This document shows, piece after piece, positions 1 through 8,896 of a stretch of 64,000 nucleotides of DNA. How positions within the stretch are numbered: the stretch's first letter is position 1; the number at the start of each line of letters is the position of its first letter. The DNA is from an uncultured Acetatifactor sp. (GTDB lineage: Bacteria; Bacillota; Clostridia; Lachnospirales; Lachnospiraceae): positions 1,338-65,337 of the forward strand of contig CATNDL010000025.1 in assembly GCA_950096775.1 (NCBI GenBank). Reading direction: 5' to 3'. The notes beneath the pieces are model-generated. The model was given only the letters and a program-made list of their open reading frames with translations. It did no database searches and had not been told where the DNA came from. The position numbers were made by a program, and so were the translations under genes.

Positions 1-26
1 TATTTCCCCACCTCCCTCTTCCCTCC

Positions 27-70
27 AAAAAAGGAGGAACCGCGCAGCTCCTGTCGCCCGCAGCCCCTCC
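27..70 (-). terminator. Intrinsic terminator downstream of glutamine synthetase
   Basis: Minus strand GGAGGGGCTGCG...CGCGGTTCCTCC hairpin followed by a T6 run, 17 bp after the stop codon. Confidence 0.6.
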
Positions 71-87
71 GTTCTTGTCCTGCCCTC

Positions 88-2199
88 TTACACCTCAAAC
101 GTCAGCTCCCCATAGGAAGGCACCGGCCACACGTCCTTGTCCACGATCATCTCCAACGCGTCGATGGGAGCCCGCAGCTCCTCCATGGCGGTCCTGACCA
201 CATCCTTGCAGAAGAACGCCTGCTCTTTGGCATCCTTCATAGCCGCAGCCTGGGCCATGGCCCGGCTCAGCCTACCCAGCGCTTCCTGGGCCGCCGTCAG
301 CTTCCCATTCACCTCGCCCAGAAGCCTTGCCTGCACCACAGGCTCCGCCCCGGCTTCCCTGACGGCCACCACCGCGTCCGCAAGCTGCCTGGTATACTTC
401 ACCACGGCAGGGATGTATTTCTTGCCGGCCATGTCTATCATGGTATTGGCCTCGATGTTGATGGTCTTGGCATAGGTCTCGTAGATGATCTCCTCCCTGG
501 ACTCCAGCTCCACCTTCGTGAAGATGCCGAACTTCTCGAAGAGCTTCACCGCCTTGTCCGTGGTCAGGGTACAGGCCGCCTCCACCATGGATTTGATGTT
601 GGGCAGGCCCCGCTTGGCCGCTTCCGCCACCCAGTCCTCGGAATAGCCGTCCCCATTGAAGATAATCCGCTGATGGGCCCCCATGTACTCCTTGATCAGG
701 TCATGCACCGCCAGATCGAAGTCCTCCGCCTTCTCCAGCCTGTCGGCCGCCTCACAGAAAGCCTCCGCCACGATGGCATTCAGGGTGGTGTTGGGACTGG
801 CGATGGAATCCGCACTGCCTACCATGCGGAACTCGAACTTGTTCCCCGTGAAGGCAAAGGGCGATGTCCTGTTCCTGTCCGTGGCATCCTTCTCCAGGTC
901 GGGCAGCGTGGACACGCCGGTCTCCAGCTTGCCGCCCTCCAGGCAATGGGCCGCCTCGCCAGTCTCCACCAATTGCTTCACCACATCCTCCAGCTGCTCC
1001 CCCAGGAAGATGGAGATGATGGCGGGAGGGGCCTCGTTCGCCCCCAGCCTGTGGTCGTTGCCCACGTCCGCCGCGCTCTGGCGCAGGAGATCCGCATGGG
1101 TGTCCACGGCCTTGATGATGCAGGCCAGCACCAGAAGGAACTGGATATTCTCGTTGGGGGTCTCGCCGGGATCCAGCATGTTCACCCCATTGTCCGTGCC
1201 CAGGGACCAGTTGTTGTGCTTGCCGGAGCCGTTCACCCCGTCGAAAGGCTTCTCGTGGAGCAGACAGGTCAGGCCATGGCGGCCGGCCACCTTCTTCATG
1301 GTTTCCATGACGAGCTGGTTGTGGTCAACCGCGATGTTGGCCGACTCATAGACAGGAGCCAGCTCATGCTGGGCCGGGGCCACCTCGTTGTGCTGGGTTC
1401 TGGCCGTCACCCCCAGCTTCCACAGCTCCACGTTCAGATCCTTCATATAAGCGCCCACCCGCTCGCGGATGGTGCCGAAGTAATGGTCCTCCAGCTCCTG
1501 GCCCTTGGGCGCGGGAGCGCCGAACAGGGTGCGCCCGGCGAAGATCAGATCCTCCCGCTGAAGATACTTTTCTCTGTCCACGAGGAAGTACTCCTGCTCC
1601 GGCCCTACGCTGGCCACTACCTTCGTGGCCCCTTCGTTGCCAAAGAGCCGCACGATGCGCAGCGCCTGCTGGCTGATTGCCTCCATGGAGCGCAGCAGGG
1701 GGGTCTTCTTGTCCAGGGCCTCCCCGGTGTAGGAGCAGAATGCCGTGGGGATACAGAGGATGACTCCCGTGGCATCCTCCTTCAGGAACGCCGGGGAAGT
1801 GATGTCCCAGGCCGTGTAACCCCTGGCCTCGAACGTGGCCCGCAGGCCTCCGGAGGGGAAGGAAGACGCGTCAGGCTCGCCCTTGATCAGCTCCTTGCCG
1901 GAGAACTCCATGATCATCTTGCCGTCCTCGTCCGGGTGCGTCACGAAAGCGTCGTGCTTCTCCGCCGTGATGCCGGTGAGGGGCTGGAACCAGTGGGTGT
2001 AATGAGTGGCGCCGTTCTCCACGGCCCAGTCCTTCATGGCCTTGGCCACCACGTCCGCGGCCGCCAGGGACAGCTCGCCCCCCTGATCCATGATTTTCCT
2101 GACTTCTTTATAGACGCTCTTGGGCAGCCTTTCCTTCATCTTGCCAAAGGTGAATACCTTGCTGGCGAAAATCTCTTCTACCTTCACTACTTCACACAT
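88..2199 (-). CDS. glnN: Glutamine synthetase type III
   Basis: GSIII motifs [70 protein letters not shown]; start moved to ATG 2199 with a purine-rich RBS. Confidence 0.93.
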   Translation of the reverse strand: MCEVVKVEEIFASKVFTFGKMKERLPKSVYKEVRKIMDQGGELSLAAADVVAKAMKDWAVENGATHYTHWFQPLTGITAEKHDAFVTHPDEDGKMIMEFSGKELIKGEPDASSFPSGGLRATFEARGYTAWDITSPAFLKEDATGVILCIPTAFCSYTGEALDKKTPLLRSMEAISQQALRIVRLFGNEGATKVVASVGPEQEYFLVDREKYLQREDLIFAGRTLFGAPAPKGQELEDHYFGTIRERVGAYMKDLNVELWKLGVTARTQHNEVAPAQHELAPVYESANIAVDHNQLVMETMKKVAGRHGLTCLLHEKPFDGVNGSGKHNNWSLGTDNGVNMLDPGETPNENIQFLLVLACIIKAVDTHADLLRQSAADVGNDHRLGANEAPPAIISIFLGEQLEDVVKQLVETGEAAHCLEGGKLETGVSTLPDLEKDATDRNRTSPFAFTGNKFEFRMVGSADSIASPNTTLNAIVAEAFCEAADRLEKAEDFDLAVHDLIKEYMGAHQRIIFNGDGYSEDWVAEAAKRGLPNIKSMVEAACTLTTDKAVKLFEKFGIFTKVELESREEIIYETYAKTINIEANTMIDMAGKKYIPAVVKYTRQLADAVVAVREAGAEPVVQARLLGEVNGKLTAAQEALGRLSRAMAQAAAMKDAKEQAFFCKDVVRTAMEELRAPIDALEMIVDKDVWPVPSYGELTFEV

Positions 2200-2255
2200 T
2201 TTCCTTCTCCCTTCTCTCCCTGTCCTCCATCGGCCGCATCCCGGGAATCCGCCAC

Positions 2256-2320
2256 ATAAAAAAAGTCCCAAAGTAACACCTTACCATGGAACCTCCTCGT
2301 TCATTGAATGCCGATGTGCA
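2256..2320 (-). promoter_or_regulatory. Leader terminator with upstream small hairpins (possible ANTAR antitermination element)
   Basis: Hairpin GTTCCA-T-GGTAA-GGTG-TTACT-T-TGGGAC plus T7 in the 5' leader; overlapping hexaloop hairpin GAAC-GAGGAG-GTTC. Confidence 0.5.
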
Positions 2321-2361
2321 GAAATGGTGGCATACAGCCGCGCCAACGTTTCGTTTTCTAT

Positions 2362-2390
2362 AAAATACCCTAATTTCCCCCAAAATGCAA
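2362..2390 (-). promoter_or_regulatory. Putative sigma-A promoter of glnN
   Basis: TTGCAT-N17-TATTTT upstream of the leader terminator. Confidence 0.35.
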
Positions 2391-2609
2391 TACCCCAAAT
2401 GCCATTTCTCGCTTTCTTCCAAAAAAGGAGTTCTCTCCTGTCAAAGGCAGAGCAGGTTGCATAGAGCCTCAAGGTCTCCCGGCTTTCCAGTCCTGGCGGA
2501 ATGCACAAGGCTTGGGCCGCAAAATATGGAAGAGGTGCGGGCTGCTAAAGAAATTGCTAGAAATTGCAAAAGTAAGAGCTAATCACCCGGAAGGGAGGAA
2601 GGGGCATAC

Positions 2610-2759
2610 ATGGAGGCCATGGCAGCAAAAGAAACCCTGAACCTAATCGACCGGCTGAGGGCCCGGGGATTCGACAATGACAAAGTAGTTGAATGCATCG
2701 AATACACCGAAGGAAAGCGCAAGCCGGAGCCGCGAAAGGAAAACGAAAAGGGAGAATAA
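2610..2759 (+). CDS. Small hypothetical protein (49 aa), not in the ORF track
   Basis: AAGGGAGGAAGG RBS, ATG 2610 to TAA 2759: MEAMAAKETLNLIDRLRARGFDNDKVVECIEYTEGKRKPEPRKENEKGE. Confidence 0.6.
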   Translation: MEAMAAKETLNLIDRLRARGFDNDKVVECIEYTEGKRKPEPRKENEKGE

Positions 2760-2804
2760 CCGCCCAAAGAGAACCCGGGAAGGGTGGCGGGCAGGCACCT
2801 CTGC

Positions 2805-4103
2805 CTACGCCTCCGCGCGGTTCTCCCGCCGCAGCAGATCCCAGGGCGCGGGCATCTCGGAAAGCCTCACCCATATAATCTCCCTGGCATGGGGGCAGCT
2901 CTCCACCGCCTCCCCCTCCCCGTTGTACATGGCCTCCACGGTCGCCGGCACGTTCCTCCCGTCCGGCTTCATGATCTCAATGGCCTCTCCCACGGAAAAT
3001 TTATTGCGCTGCTCCAGCCGGGCCAGGGAGAAGACGCCTCCGTCTTCCATCCCCTGCATCCATGGCAGCGCATCGCCCGCAGCCACCTCCCGGATGTTCC
3101 CCAGATAGATATATTCGTTCACATAAGTGCTGTTGTCATAAATCTGGGCCTCCCCGGCAGGTCTGCCGAAGTAGAAGCCCGTGGTGAACTGACGGTAGGT
3201 GCACTTGGAGATCTCCGCCCTGTACCAGTCCAGATTTGCCCGATACCGCTCTCCGGAGACGAAATAATCGTCTATGGCCCTGCGGTAGGTCCGGGCCACC
3301 GTGGCAATGTACAGCGCCGTCTTCATGCGCCCCTCCACCTTGAAGCTGTCTATCCCCGCCTCCACCAGCTCCGGTATATGTTCTATCATGCACAAATCTT
3401 TGGAATTGAATATATATGTGCCCCGCTCGTTCTCGTACACCGGAAGGTACTCTCCGGGCCTGGTCTCCTCCACCACCGCGTACTTCCAGCGGCAGGGATG
3501 GGTGCAGGAGCCCTGGTTGGCATCCCTCCCCGTAAAGTAATTGCTCAAGAGGCAGCGCCCGGAATAGGAGATGCACATGGAGCCCTGGACGAAGCTCTCT
3601 ATCTCCATCTCCTCCGGGATCCGCTCCCGGATGGCCCGTATCTCCGCCAGGCTCAGCTCCCTGGCGGACACCACCCGCCTGGCCCCCAGCTCCCACCAGA
3701 ACCGATAGGTGCGGTAGTTGGTGTTGTTGGCCTGGGTGGAGATGTGAATCTCCGCCTCCGGCCATACCTCCCGGGCGACGGCGAACATCCCGGGGTCGGA
3801 TATAATCAGCCCGTCGCACCGCTCAGGCTCCATGTCCCGCAGCTCCTGAAAATAGGCCGCCGCCCCCTCCAGGTCGTCATTGTGGGCCAGGATATTGGCC
3901 GTGACATACACCTTCACGCCCCTTGCATGGGCGAAGGCGATACCCTCCGCCATCTCCTCCGGGGAGAAGTTCTTCGCCTTGGCCCGCAGCCCGAAGGCCT
4001 CGCCGCCGATGTACACGGCATCCGCCCCGAATATCACCGCGGTCCTCAGCACCTCCAGGCTCCCCGCCGGTATCAAAAGCTCCGGTTTCCTTCTCCCCGC
4101 CAT
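2805..4103 (-). CDS. U32 family peptidase-like protein (TrhP-type tRNA hydroxylation)
   Basis: PELLIPAGS...GADAVYIGG, CISYSGRCLLS, ANQGSCTHPCRW, SKDLC and IDSFKVEGR motifs; follows an O-methyltransferase as in the yrrM-yrrO arrangement. Confidence 0.88.
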   Translation of the reverse strand: MAGRRKPELLIPAGSLEVLRTAVIFGADAVYIGGEAFGLRAKAKNFSPEEMAEGIAFAHARGVKVYVTANILAHNDDLEGAAAYFQELRDMEPERCDGLIISDPGMFAVAREVWPEAEIHISTQANNTNYRTYRFWWELGARRVVSARELSLAEIRAIRERIPEEMEIESFVQGSMCISYSGRCLLSNYFTGRDANQGSCTHPCRWKYAVVEETRPGEYLPVYENERGTYIFNSKDLCMIEHIPELVEAGIDSFKVEGRMKTALYIATVARTYRRAIDDYFVSGERYRANLDWYRAEISKCTYRQFTTGFYFGRPAGEAQIYDNSTYVNEYIYLGNIREVAAGDALPWMQGMEDGGVFSLARLEQRNKFSVGEAIEIMKPDGRNVPATVEAMYNGEGEAVESCPHAREIIWVRLSEMPAPWDLLRRENRAEA

Positions 4104-4768
4104 AATCCTGCCCCTTCCTTTTCTTTTTCACGCTTGACACTCAATGTCACCCCGTCCCCCACCGGCAGCACCACGGTCTCCAGCAGGGGATGGTGCTTCA
4201 GCTCGTACAGGTACTCCCGCATCCTGGCATGGATGGTGCGGTTGCGCCTGTCCACCGCAAAGCGGGACTCTGTCACGTCCCCGTCCTGCAGCACATTGTC
4301 CGACACCAGGAATCCCCCCGGCGCCAGCAGCCGCAGGCTGTCCGGCAGGAAGCGGATATACTGCCCCTTGGCCGCATCCATGAAGATCATGTCGAAGCTT
4401 CCCGTCAGCTCCGGCAGGATATCCGCCGCATCCCCCTCCAACAGGGCGATCTGATTCTCCCGCCCGGCCCGCCGGAAGTTCTCCCTGGCCACGGGAATCC
4501 GCTTTCCGTATTTCTCTATGGTGGTCACATGGCAGCCCTCCGGGCCGTATTCGCACATCAACAGCGCGGAAAAGCCCACCGCGGTCCCCACCTCCAGAAT
4601 CTGCCGCGGCTGCCTGGCCGCCAGCAGAAACTTCAGCAGGCTCTGCGTGGACTTGCGCACGATTGGAATCTGATTCTCCAGCGCCTCTTTTTCTATCCCG
4701 TCCAGGAAGGCCGTATTCCCCCTGTCCAGCGAATCGATGAAAGCCGCCATTCTCTCATCTATGATCAT
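4073..4768 (-). CDS. O-methyltransferase, TrmR/YrrM-like
   Basis: ILEVGTAVGFSA SAM motif, FDMIFMDAAKGQY, SDNVL; adjacent to the U32 gene. Confidence 0.85.
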   Translation of the reverse strand: MIIDERMAAFIDSLDRGNTAFLDGIEKEALENQIPIVRKSTQSLLKFLLAARQPRQILEVGTAVGFSALLMCEYGPEGCHVTTIEKYGKRIPVARENFRRAGRENQIALLEGDAADILPELTGSFDMIFMDAAKGQYIRFLPDSLRLLAPGGFLVSDNVLQDGDVTESRFAVDRRNRTIHARMREYLYELKHHPLLETVVLPVGDGVTLSVKREKEKEGAGLWRGEGNRSF

Positions 4769-4794
4769 ACTTCCTCTTTATATACGGGATGGCG

Positions 4795-5364
4795 TCACTC
4801 TGCCTCCGGTTCCCCGTCAAGCCCCTCTGTGTCTTCGGGCGCACCGTCCCCGGTCATCCCATCCCCGGCCGCATCCCCTGTGCCGTCCTCTCCGCCGGGC
4901 GCTCCTCCCCCGGCGGGCGGGCCGCTCTCCGAGGAAGATTCTCCCTGGCCGGAGGAGCTTCCCCTTCCTGCGGAATCCCCTTCGCCTTCCTCTTCCTCAG
5001 CCTCCGCCACCACCATGGCCTGCATCATCTCCTCTGCGGTCATGGCCGTGCTCAGGTCGAATGTGCCGGGGCCCACATCCTCCCTGTACTCCGAGAGATA
5101 ATACTGCAGCGCGAAGAGCCTGGCGTCCCGCACCAGCCCCCTGCCCTCGAAAAGCTTTCCGATGTCCAGCGGGGACATGTCAGGGCTGACCGTCACCGTC
5201 ACCGTCCGGCCCTCTCCGGCGGACATGGCCGGCTCCGTGAAGATACGGTAGCCGTAGTCATAACAGATCCCGGCCCCCTGGTAAATCACATACACCACCG
5301 CCACCGCCATCACCACCCGGAAGATAGCCCCTGCCACTGCAGCTATTATGCTCGTTACTTTCAT
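4795..5364 (-). CDS. Short MltG/YceG-like membrane protein with acidic Gly-rich tail
   Basis: N-terminal TM helix, then IGKLFEGRGLVRDARLF...PGTFDLSTAMTAEEMM typical of the YceG N-terminal region; ATG 5364 with GGAGG RBS. Confidence 0.65.
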   Translation of the reverse strand: MKVTSIIAAVAGAIFRVVMAVAVVYVIYQGAGICYDYGYRIFTEPAMSAGEGRTVTVTVSPDMSPLDIGKLFEGRGLVRDARLFALQYYLSEYREDVGPGTFDLSTAMTAEEMMQAMVVAEAEEEEGEGDSAGRGSSSGQGESSSESGPPAGGGAPGGEDGTGDAAGDGMTGDGAPEDTEGLDGEPEAE

Positions 5365-5468
5365 ACTAACCTCCATGCCCGACCGGCAGACCAAGCGCCT
5401 CGCCCCAACGCCCTTCCACAACCTGGAAGAATGCCCGCCCTTTGGGCATTCTGACCTGTGCGGATGGA

Positions 5469-5488
5469 TTGCAATACGAACTTGTTCG
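5469..5488. repeat. Dispersed palindromic 20-mer, copy 1
   Basis: TTGCAATACGAACTTGTTCG; 19/20 identical to 23254-23273. Confidence 0.6.
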
Positions 5489-5542
5489 TGTGCCATCCTG
5501 GAAGTTCTTGGCGGGCGTCCTTTGGCCGCCTAGAACTTCTTC

Positions 5543-7216
5543 TCACACCTCCATGATGATCGGCAGTATCATAGGCCGCCTCTTGGTCTTCTTCCAGACG
5601 AAGTCGCTGAGGGCATCCTTTGTGGTATTCTTCAGCTTCCCCCAGTCCGTGATCCCTCTGTCCAGGCACCTCTCGATGGCCTCGTCCACGATCTGGCGGG
5701 CCTCCTCTATCAGCTCATCGGATTCCTTCACATACACGAAGCCCCTGGACACGATATCGGGCCCTGCCACCAGCTCTCCGCCTACGCGGTCCAGGCTCAT
5801 GACCACTACCATGATGCCGTCCTCCGCCAGATGCTGGCGATCCCGCAGCACCACGTTCCCCACGTCGCCCACGCCCAGGCCGTCCACCAGAATGGCCCCT
5901 ACGGGAACCCTGCCCGTGATGCCCGCGCGGTTCTTGTCCAGCTCCAGCACATCGCCGGAGGAGAGGATGAAGATATTCTCCTTCTCCATGCCCAGGCTCT
6001 GGGCAATCTTCGCCTGAGCCTTCAGATGCTTGATCTCCCCGTGGACGGGGACGGAATACTTGGGCCGGATCAGCGCGTAGAGCAGCTTGATCTCCTCCTG
6101 GCGGGCATGGCCGGACACATGGGCATCCTGGAAGATCACGTCCGCGCCCTTGCGGATCAGCTCATTGATCACCTTAGTCACGGATTTCTCGTTGCCCGGG
6201 ATGGGGTTGGAGGAAAAAATCACCGTGTCCCCCGCGCCGATGGTAATCTTGCGGTGCATGCCGCTGGCCATGCGGCTCAGGGCCGCCATGCTCTCCCCCT
6301 GGCTCCCGGTGGTGATCACCACCTGCTTCTCGCTGGGATAGTCCTTCATCTGCTCTATCTCGATCAGGGTATTGTCCGGGATGCTGATGCAGCCCAGGTT
6401 CCTGGCCGTCTCGATGATGCTCACCATGCTGCGGCCGTCCACGCAGACCTTCCTGCCGAACTTGTACGCCGTGTTGATGATCTGCTGCACCCTGTCCACA
6501 TTGGAGGCAAAGGTGGCCACGAAGATCCTGGTATTCTTATGCTCCTCGAACAGATTGTCAAAAGTGGCCCCCACAGTGCGCTCCGAGGGAGTGAAGCCCG
6601 GCCGCTCCGCGTTGGTGGAGTCGCACATCAGCGCCAGAACGCCCTTCTTGCCCAGCTCCGCGAAGCGCTGCAGGTCGATGGCGTCTCCGAATACAGGCGT
6701 GTAGTCAACCTTGAAGTCCCCCGTGTGCACCACCACCCCCACCGGGGAGTAGATGGCCAGCGCCGCCGCGTCCACGATGCTGTGGTTGGTCTTGATGAAC
6801 TCCACCCGGAACTGTCCTAAATTGATGGACTGGCCGAACTTCACCACCTTGCGCTTGACGCTCTTGGTCATCTCATGTTCCTTCAGCTTGTTCTCGATGA
6901 TGCCCATGGTGAGCCTGGTGGCATAGATGGGCGCATTGATGTCCCGGAGCACATAGGGGAGCGCTCCGATATGATCCTCATGGCCGTGGGTGATCACGAA
7001 GCCCTTCACCTTGCTGATGTTGTCCTTCAGGTAGGTCACATCTGGGATCACAAGGTCGATGCCCAGCATGTCGTCCGCCGGGAACGACAGGCCGCAGTCC
7101 ACCACAACAATACTGTCCTCATACTCGAACGCAGTAATGTTCATGCCGATTTGCTCCAGGCCCCCCAAAGGGATTATCTTTAGTCTGGAACCGTTGTTAT
7201 TCTCTTTTTTCTTCAA
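5543..7216 (-). CDS. rnj: Ribonuclease J
   Basis: IIPLGGLEQIGMN, THGHEDHIG, HTGDFK, HVSGHA, PVHGE, RRPMILPIIMEV; TTG start with GGAGG RBS. Confidence 0.95.
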   Translation of the reverse strand: MKKKENNNGSRLKIIPLGGLEQIGMNITAFEYEDSIVVVDCGLSFPADDMLGIDLVIPDVTYLKDNISKVKGFVITHGHEDHIGALPYVLRDINAPIYATRLTMGIIENKLKEHEMTKSVKRKVVKFGQSINLGQFRVEFIKTNHSIVDAAALAIYSPVGVVVHTGDFKVDYTPVFGDAIDLQRFAELGKKGVLALMCDSTNAERPGFTPSERTVGATFDNLFEEHKNTRIFVATFASNVDRVQQIINTAYKFGRKVCVDGRSMVSIIETARNLGCISIPDNTLIEIEQMKDYPSEKQVVITTGSQGESMAALSRMASGMHRKITIGAGDTVIFSSNPIPGNEKSVTKVINELIRKGADVIFQDAHVSGHARQEEIKLLYALIRPKYSVPVHGEIKHLKAQAKIAQSLGMEKENIFILSSGDVLELDKNRAGITGRVPVGAILVDGLGVGDVGNVVLRDRQHLAEDGIMVVVMSLDRVGGELVAGPDIVSRGFVYVKESDELIEEARQIVDEAIERCLDRGITDWGKLKNTTKDALSDFVWKKTKRRPMILPIIMEV

Positions 7217-7667
7217 TCAAATCTCCTCCACATTCTACACAGTAGCCGTAGAGCTTTACCTCATGATCCACAACACGAAATCCGGTAGTCGCGATGATTT
7301 TCCCCTCCAGCTCCTCCAATAAATCGTCCTGGAATGAAATCACCCTGCCGCATTTGATACAGATCAGATGATGATGGCGGTGTCTCACCGTGCCCTCCAG
7401 AGCACTCCCCATCTCATAGCGCACGAACCCGTCATCAAAACTGACCCGGTCGATTAGATGCAAGCTCCCCAACAACTGTATGGTTCTATAAACAGTAGCC
7501 AGCCCGATGTCCGGGCAGTCTGCTTTTACCAACTCAAATATTTCTTCCGCAGTCAGATGCTCCCGGGGACAGGAATCGATGGCCTCCAGCACCGCCATGC
7601 GCTGTCTGGTGACCTTCAGGCCTCTGTCCTTCAAAAGCCTCTCTGCTTTCCCCTTATCAAACGCCAT
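7197..7667 (-). CDS. Fur family transcriptional regulator
   Basis: GLKVTRQR, IGLATVYRTI, HHHLICIKCG and CVEC Zn site; start moved to ATG 7667. Confidence 0.9.
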   Translation of the reverse strand: MAFDKGKAERLLKDRGLKVTRQRMAVLEAIDSCPREHLTAEEIFELVKADCPDIGLATVYRTIQLLGSLHLIDRVSFDDGFVRYEMGSALEGTVRHRHHHLICIKCGRVISFQDDLLEELEGKIIATTGFRVVDHEVKLYGYCVECGGDLIEEKRE

Positions 7668-7753
7668 ATCCCAACTCCGCGCGTACCCCCTGTCTGCAGG
7701 CTCCTGTCCTGACCGATAGGGCATAGCCTCCGCCCAGGCCCCGAAGCTTTCGT

Positions 7754-8023
7754 TCACGCATTCTCCAGCTCCACGTCCTCCAGCATGTTCTCGAATACGC
7801 CGGCTACAGCTTCCAGCTCCTGGTCATCGGACACGATAGTATAGAGCCCTTCCGGCTCCCCGTCTCGAGACATGTCCTTCAAAATCAGCGCCTCTCCGTC
7901 GCCCTCTTCCTCATCCGTGACAAGGATATAGTCAATGCCGCCTATCCTCGTCTGCTCCAGCACATAGAATTCCACCGGCTCTTCTCCCTCCGGCGTGAAC
8001 GTAATCTTCTCCTGCTTTGCCAT
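7754..8023 (-). CDS. DUF1292 domain protein (YrzB-like)
   Basis: Short acidic protein (EFYVLEQTRIGGIDYILV) downstream of ruvX, the conserved Firmicutes order. Confidence 0.8.
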   Translation of the reverse strand: MAKQEKITFTPEGEEPVEFYVLEQTRIGGIDYILVTDEEEGDGEALILKDMSRDGEPEGLYTIVSDDQELEAVAGVFENMLEDVELENA

Positions 8024-8063
8024 TTCCGCACCTCACGCACACCTTCACATGGAGGCGTGCATT

Positions 8064-8507
8064 TCAATCCTCTTTCTCTGTCTGTCCGTGGCTGCGTCTG
8101 TCCAGGTATCCCTGGAGTATCAGGGCAGCCGCAATCTTGTCCACATAATCCTTCCGTCTCTCCCTGCGGATGCCGGCCTCTATCATAGCCTTGTCCGCCG
8201 CCACCGTGGTCAGCCTCTCGTCCCACATGACAACGGGCAAGCCTGTCCGGCGCTCCAGCTTCTCCCGAAATTCCTCCGTCAGCTCCACCCGTACTCCTTC
8301 GGTGGCGTTCATGTTCTTGGGGAGGCCCAGCACGATCTCCTCCACCTCGTATTCCAAAATCAACTCCTCGATCCGGGCCAATGTCCGGCGCAGCTTGTCC
8401 TCTCTCTCCCTGCGGATGATTTCCAGGCCCTGGGCCGTGATGAGCAGGCTGTCGCTGACAGCCACCCCCACCGTCTTAGAGCCGAAATCCAGACCCATTA
8501 TGCGCAT
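8064..8507 (-). CDS. ruvX: Holliday junction resolvase-like / pre-16S rRNA nuclease RuvX (YqgF)
   Basis: [45 protein letters not shown]. Confidence 0.93.
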   Translation of the reverse strand: MRIMGLDFGSKTVGVAVSDSLLITAQGLEIIRREREDKLRRTLARIEELILEYEVEEIVLGLPKNMNATEGVRVELTEEFREKLERRTGLPVVMWDERLTTVAADKAMIEAGIRRERRKDYVDKIAAALILQGYLDRRSHGQTEKED

Positions 8508-8527
8508 AGCCGCCTCCCTTTCGTCCC

Positions 8528-8791
8528 CTACTCCCATTCCTTCGTGCGGATGTACTCCGTCAGCAGCTCCTCCACCAGCTCGTCCCGCTCCACCTTCATG
8601 ATCATGCTCCGCGCATTCTGATGGCTGGTGATATAGGTGGGGTCGCCGCTCATGATGTAGCCCACGATCTGATTCACCGGGTTGTATCCCTTTTCCGTCA
8701 GCGCCTCATATACGGCGGCCAGCACCACCTTCGCTCCGGCGGCAGGTTCCGAGTCTACCTTGAAGTATTGTGTGTTTTCCAGATTCTGCAT
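8528..8791 (-). CDS. ireB: IreB/ReoM family regulatory phosphoprotein (DUF965)
   Basis: [45 protein letters not shown]. Confidence 0.92.
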   Translation of the reverse strand: MQNLENTQYFKVDSEPAAGAKVVLAAVYEALTEKGYNPVNQIVGYIMSGDPTYITSHQNARSMIMKVERDELVEELLTEYIRTKEWE

Positions 8792-8896
8792 GCCATGACT
8801 CCCATCTGCCCGCTCCGGCAGGCTCAACCCGCGGCATTTTAGCGCCCAATGCCACTACTTCCTTTCATCATACCTCATTTTCGCCAAAAATTCAAG

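Noticed and set aside
5477-5488. CGAACTTGTTCG as a LexA (Cheo) box
   Set aside because: The Firmicutes SOS box needs a 4-nt spacer (GAAC-N4-GTTC); here it is 2 nt and the sites are not at promoters
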